Assembly: GCA_032718475.1 (NCBI GenBank)
Contig: JAUCBJ010007025.1
Span: 1 to 64,000, forward strand
Origin: Nemertoderma westbladi
Lineage: Eukaryota; Animalia; Xenacoelomorpha
Direction: 5' to 3'
Length of the DNA: 64,000 nucleotides
The notes beneath the pieces are model-generated. The model did no database searches, was not told where the DNA came from, and saw nothing but the letters and a program-made list of their open reading frames with translations. Below, in pieces: positions 60,601 to 64,000 of the stretch. The translations under genes were made by a program, and so were the position numbers. Positions within the stretch are counted from its first letter, which is position 1. Each line of letters opens with the position of its first letter.

Positions 60601-63099
60601 TTTCATCTCATCTCCATTGAACTTGACGATCTCTCCCACCTTTACCGCTTGCCGGGCTTCGGTTCTAGCCATTTGACGCGTAAAACTTTCTTGGGCCATC
60701 GTGTTATTTAATATCGAGTTATCGGTATATAAATTTCTCGGATTATGATCAGTTCTATAGGGAATGTCATTATCAACAGGTCTATAATTACCCTTAATAG
60801 GGTTCACTATAGGAGTTTCTACTTCGCTAGCAGTATAGATGCGTGTAGGCTCCACACCTTGCGCATGCGATACTTCAGACCTAACAGGTTGACACATTGT
60901 TACAGAGGGTGGTGGTATACCCCTTTGAGTATTTACTAATTTATCGCGTTCTAGCGCGATACTTTGCTGCACTTCTTGCAACTCTAGCCTACTTTCCCTT
61001 ACTGTGCCCTTGAATTGCTGGACAGTCTCCTGCATCTGCCCGAGCAGGAGATCCATCCCCCGCCGTCTCTCATCCACCCATTCGACCGCCGAAGCGGGAG
61101 TCGCCAACGTTGTAGCGGGCGGACGAGGGACAACGGGCGACAAATTATGAATATTTCGCTCGGGGTCCAGGACCTGAACTGTCTCCTGGGCAGTTCTACT
61201 GGGCACAGGTAGCTTAGTGCTATGTAGAGGGAATTTAGAGGTAGCTTCAGGGAGCACAGGTGTATCTATCACCGAAGGGGTGATTTCAAAAACAGGCCTA
61301 ATTATTTCAGGCTCATCTACTATAGTAGGGAGTCTTTCTATTTTAATTATTTGGTCTGTGGGTTCTGTACTACCTAAGCTGGTGTCATTTAGTTGCCTTC
61401 TAACAGCTGGAGGCAAATCAGGCAATTTCTGACGGTGGAATGTTCTTTTACGTGTGCTTAGACGAGATCTATTTCCTTTGCCTTCAGTATCGGTGGTATC
61501 GCCTTCCTCCGATGATGTATATCCCTGTCTTTTGGGAGTAGATCGATTCATCATCTGCATATTGCTAGCTGTTAACTGTTTATTTATGCAGTCTTGATTC
61601 TCCTGAATGTTTTCCAATTCTAATTGGGTGATTTCTTCAGTCGCTCTCCGTTCTGCTTCTGCCACTGCCTTTGCCGCCTTTCTTTCGGCTTCGGCCGCTT
61701 TTGCTTCTGCCGCTGCCGCTGCCACCTTTGCCTCTGCCGCTGCCTCTGCCGCCTTTGCCTCTGCCGCTGCCTCTGCCGCCTTTCTTTCAGCTTCGGCCGC
61801 TTTTGCTTCTGCCGCTGCCGCTGCCGCCTTTGCCTCTGCCGCTGCCTCTGCCGCCTTTGCCTCTGCCGCTGCCTCTGCCGCTGCCGCTTTTCTTTCTGCT
61901 TCTGCAGCTACCACTGCTGCTTTCTTTCTGTCTTCTATACGTTTTTTCTTTACTTGCTCCTCTTGGACTCGTGTCAGGCGGAGTTGTTCATCAAATTTAG
62001 CCTGATTCGCAGCCCTCATTTCCACATCGATGGCATCCAACACAAGCTTGGTTCCTTCACTATTAGGGCTAAGTCCGTCTAACCTTCTCCTCAACTCGTC
62101 ATCACCTAAAAAACGTTGATAGTCTGACAGATAGATGTCAATGGCATCCCTCTTATGCGGCTTCTCTGCCGTCGCTTCACTTTCCACTTGGGAAAAAGTA
62201 GCGTCTGTTGATTCTCCATGGGTTGAGCGCTCCTCCAGCTGAGCTTTCCACTGAGCTGTTCCTTGAACTTGGCGACTCACCCGTTGAAACCAAGTCTTTA
62301 CGGCAACTTGCAACGACGTGTCTTGTCTTCTTTTAGAAGCCTCTTCAAAGGCTGATAATATTAGCCTGATTCGCAGAATTCTTTCTCTAACTTGATAAAG
62401 CAGTTGTCCCTGCTCTTGAGGTCCTTGAGGTTGTTGTAACAGTTGTTTTTCTACTCGCTCCATAGAGCTGAAGAATCCCTGTGCGTATCCGGCTGCGGAC
62501 CTCTTCCACACAGCTGGATCGATGGTTTCCTTGGCTACTCCCATCCGGTGTATGTCTTCCCAGGCAGCTTCTGATAAATCAAACGGGAGTCCGGGTCCAG
62601 GGAAGTTCCATTGCGACTCGACAATAGACTTCAGTTCTTCCCTCGTGTATCCCGCATAACTATCTTTAGTTGATCGTTGACTTCTCGCCCAATCGATCTG
62701 GTGTTCTTCCACCGCGATCAATATCCTAGTGAGTACGGCTGCAGGAAGGATGAGAAGGGGATCCGAATAAACCGCATCCGTCATCTTTGCTCCGCGCTCG
62801 GGTGTCAGCTCTACAGTATACTCACTACTGGAGCTGTTGGGCCGTTGAGAAATAAGTTCTTGGCTCGCGGGTTGTTGCTGTTCTGCTGCTTCTTGGTCCC
62901 GCTTGACCTGAGCTCGAGTGCCTATGATAGACCTACGATGTTGGACCAGCCTAGGGTCTGATATTACTACAGGAGGGATGACCTTCCTCACAGTAGGGGG
63001 TGAACTGAACTTAGGTCTAGACAGTTCTACACCTCTATCTGAGTCACAGATAGTTACATCTAATAAACTGTCTGACAGGTTCTGCTTAGTATCAGACAT
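57682..63099 (-). CDS. gag-pol: Bel/Pao Gag-protease-RT (1805 aa) ending at a premature TGA
   Basis: Ala-rich repeat, DUF1759-like region, three knuckles, LLDSGS, RVVFDGS, DIEGMFLQV and YMDD motifs. Confidence 0.93.
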   Translation of the reverse strand: MSDTKQNLSDSLLDVTICDSDRGVELSRPKFSSPPTVRKVIPPVVISDPRLVQHRRSIIGTRAQVKRDQEAAEQQQPASQELISQRPNSSSSEYTVELTPERGAKMTDAVYSDPLLILPAAVLTRILIAVEEHQIDWARSQRSTKDSYAGYTREELKSIVESQWNFPGPGLPFDLSEAAWEDIHRMGVAKETIDPAVWKRSAAGYAQGFFSSMERVEKQLLQQPQGPQEQGQLLYQVRERILRIRLILSAFEEASKRRQDTSLQVAVKTWFQRVSRQVQGTAQWKAQLEERSTHGESTDATFSQVESEATAEKPHKRDAIDIYLSDYQRFLGDDELRRRLDGLSPNSEGTKLVLDAIDVEMRAANQAKFDEQLRLTRVQEEQVKKKRIEDRKKAAVVAAEAERKAAAAEAAAEAKAAEAAAEAKAAAAAAEAKAAEAERKAAEAAAEAKAAEAAAEAKVAAAAAEAKAAEAERKAAKAVAEAERRATEEITQLELENIQENQDCINKQLTASNMQMMNRSTPKRQGYTSSEEGDTTDTEGKGNRSRLSTRKRTFHRQKLPDLPPAVRRQLNDTSLGSTEPTDQIIKIERLPTIVDEPEIIRPVFEITPSVIDTPVLPEATSKFPLHSTKLPVPSRTAQETVQVLDPERNIHNLSPVVPRPPATTLATPASAVEWVDERRRGMDLLLGQMQETVQQFKGTVRESRLELQEVQQSIALERDKLVNTQRGIPPPSVTMCQPVRSEVSHAQGVEPTRIYTASEVETPIVNPIKGNYRPVDNDIPYRTDHNPRNLYTDNSILNNTMAQESFTRQMARTEARQAVKVGEIVKFNGDEMKWLPFNEYYKDNIQNSVLSNGEKLRYLIECLEGSPKLMALKFIGHPDGLRQVWDTLNIRYGNRNNIAGYLYAKLVAPRKFISSGIIEFSDEIQEICRQLDWLGKSQEYQNAMVIRAVASTLPKGGVGTRWDKKVLYMMEQQRRDPTMADLMSFLDGEVKLQLLKLSREKTLENKVSEKPVSRRKVTPVCYTDDGESQTSQGEDSGKDTDRSYYVNKMPKDQVSKFKSRANDRREQVRKTPPTSPKRIPVRKPEEKASVHNVTQNKVSNIKPKCALCDGTHRLNMCDEFLKKSLTERREVMWDKRLCYNCLRQGHQRRTCFSDIRCAKCGAKHHILLHAEFERNSPNQVSDSELHVQFSDVNDTDQSEMEGFYTDEFSDENESCYMINTAVYRALTYEKDTDNDFTLTTSERQPSWKEPSSNVGIREFPVVQVRVHGPKRSYVVNALLDSGSTGTFIDKELAEDIFDGQPKFRTKLNMSGIMQVWKSTITVDYYVGALSTPQDELGEHSIRSVKMVAIKNFATTQADLYNWDEDESIQHLNIPRFQTDYPGVQILIGQNAHEALETLEKRPAQTQPLQTYAVRTRVGWYFTGPSRRTLRERLPQERVYQVSEWEDDTSEGDDLTEGTPYSSDNDDVHQLFDEENTIDLFKENEAWQNQVNLCQLLYPSEREAYNDELNDVIERCNAKTRDEHAVRFFTQEAVEPNSYDKALSVEEERAKQIQETTTRFLKDQGRYEVGLPFRKREPKFINNRPLAEKRIAQLHRRLTANSSAKAMYQTQLEKFISKGYAERVPEETPVTERTYYLTHHYVPKPGKPHEVRVVFDGSALYMGQSLNSELLPGPNLLQSLLGILLRLRQYSIAFASDIEGMFLQVKVLDRDRDSLRFLWWPEGDLNQKPVEYWMTIQAFGIISSPSNACSVVRTTAEDNREAFSKEVIDNIKRDIYMDDNLKSLPSVEEAIEVAKGTVECLKRGGF
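61660..61925 (-). repeat. Coding repeat (AAEAKAAEA)n in the Gag N-terminal extension
   Basis: GCCTCTGCCGCT/GCCTTT repeats encoding an Ala/Glu/Lys helix. Confidence 0.9.
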
Positions 63100-64000
63100 G
63101 TTTATGTGTACAGTTGAATGCCTACTGCTATATTACAGTCTAAGCAAGTCTAGTAATTCAGTATTAACTGCTAGCCTAGTAATTAATTACCTATACTGCT
63201 ACTCAGTGTAGCGTGATATATATATTATATTAGAATACCGGTATGCTTATAGTATATATAACTATATAAGTATTATTACAGACTAGGTTTATCACAGAAT
63301 ACCGGTATAATTTTAGCACAAATATATATAAATATATAATAGGCCTATCGGGAATACCGGTATACAGCTTACAGTTTATAGTATATATAATTCTGGACTA
63401 GAATTAATTACAAGTACCGGTATAATTTCAGCCGAAACTTATAGAAATAAAGATAATAGGCCTATCGTAAATACCGGTATATCAATTATTTTAAATAATT
63501 GAATTTCTGAATTTTAGGGTTACTTGGTTACTTTACTTACTTTATTACCGCTATTTGAGCAGTAGTCCAACTGATATTGAGACCTAATGGTTGTATGGTA
63601 GGCCTACTATTTATAAATCGTTAGATTTGATTTATAATATATATATACCCGTTTTAATGGGTTTTGTCAATGTTTGAAATAAATGTTATTATTTCTGGGG
63701 AGTAATCACTACACAAAGCGGTGCGCTTTCAGTGAAGTGTTACTTATAGGACACTAAAACAAATAATGCTAATTTACCTAAGTTACTTAATACTACAAAT
63801 TACGTACAATTCGGGTGAGATTACAATCTCTAAATAAACACAAAAATTTACAAAAAACACAAAATACGAATTTTCAGGGTAATTTTACAAGAAGTCTACA
63901 AACCAGCCTAACAAAGGGTTAGAAATCTGGTTATTACAACGGACAGGATACTGCGGTATTTGAAAATAATACGTAGTAGTAAATACACTGCGTTGTCCAG

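Larger units (their letters stand above)
47714..64000 (-). mobile_element. Near full-length Bel/Pao LTR retrotransposon (copy B, >16 kb; 5' LTR beyond the window)
   Basis: 5' UTR, gag-PR-RT-RH-IN, 1.65-kb spacer, 4.25-kb ORF3, PPT and 3' LTR. Confidence 0.95.

Noticed and set aside
61607-62082. Plus-strand Ala-, Cys/Arg- and Pro/Leu-rich ORFs
   Set aside because: Antisense shadows of the Gag AAEAK repeat.
4378-64000. Minus-strand bias of LTR elements suggesting a unistrand piRNA cluster
   Set aside because: Several LINEs and one LTR copy are on the plus strand and the sample is small. It cannot be supported without small-RNA data.

Overview
Eukaryotic (probably invertebrate) genomic DNA consisting mostly of nested transposable elements around one intact host gene, a 3-exon p24/TMED GOLD-domain gene (28378-34820, +). 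The dominant family is a large Bel/Pao LTR retrotransposon with ~1.2-kb LTRs. It is present as a near-complete copy B (47714->64000, -), a complete non-autonomous Gag-protease-only copy A (4378-15094, -) and the 3' end of a third copy (1-2122, +). Main finding 1: in the env position after gag-pol, copy B carries a 1417-aa accessory ORF with a DnaQ/DEDDy-like 3'-5' exonuclease domain and tandem CCHC zinc knuckles. A decayed homologue of this ORF follows the integrase of a second, very divergent Bel/Pao family (C, 15095-21720). Main finding 2: the primer-binding site of copy A is not tRNA-like. It is a perfect 12-nt complement of a motif inside the element's own LTR, which suggests Tf1-style self-priming. 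Also present: two Gypsy elements, RTE- and CRE-like LINEs inside the TMED intron, a decayed LINE preceded by a Ulp1/C48 protease, a piggyBac-like MITE and several local repeats. All assignments come from reading motifs by eye; no database search was run.
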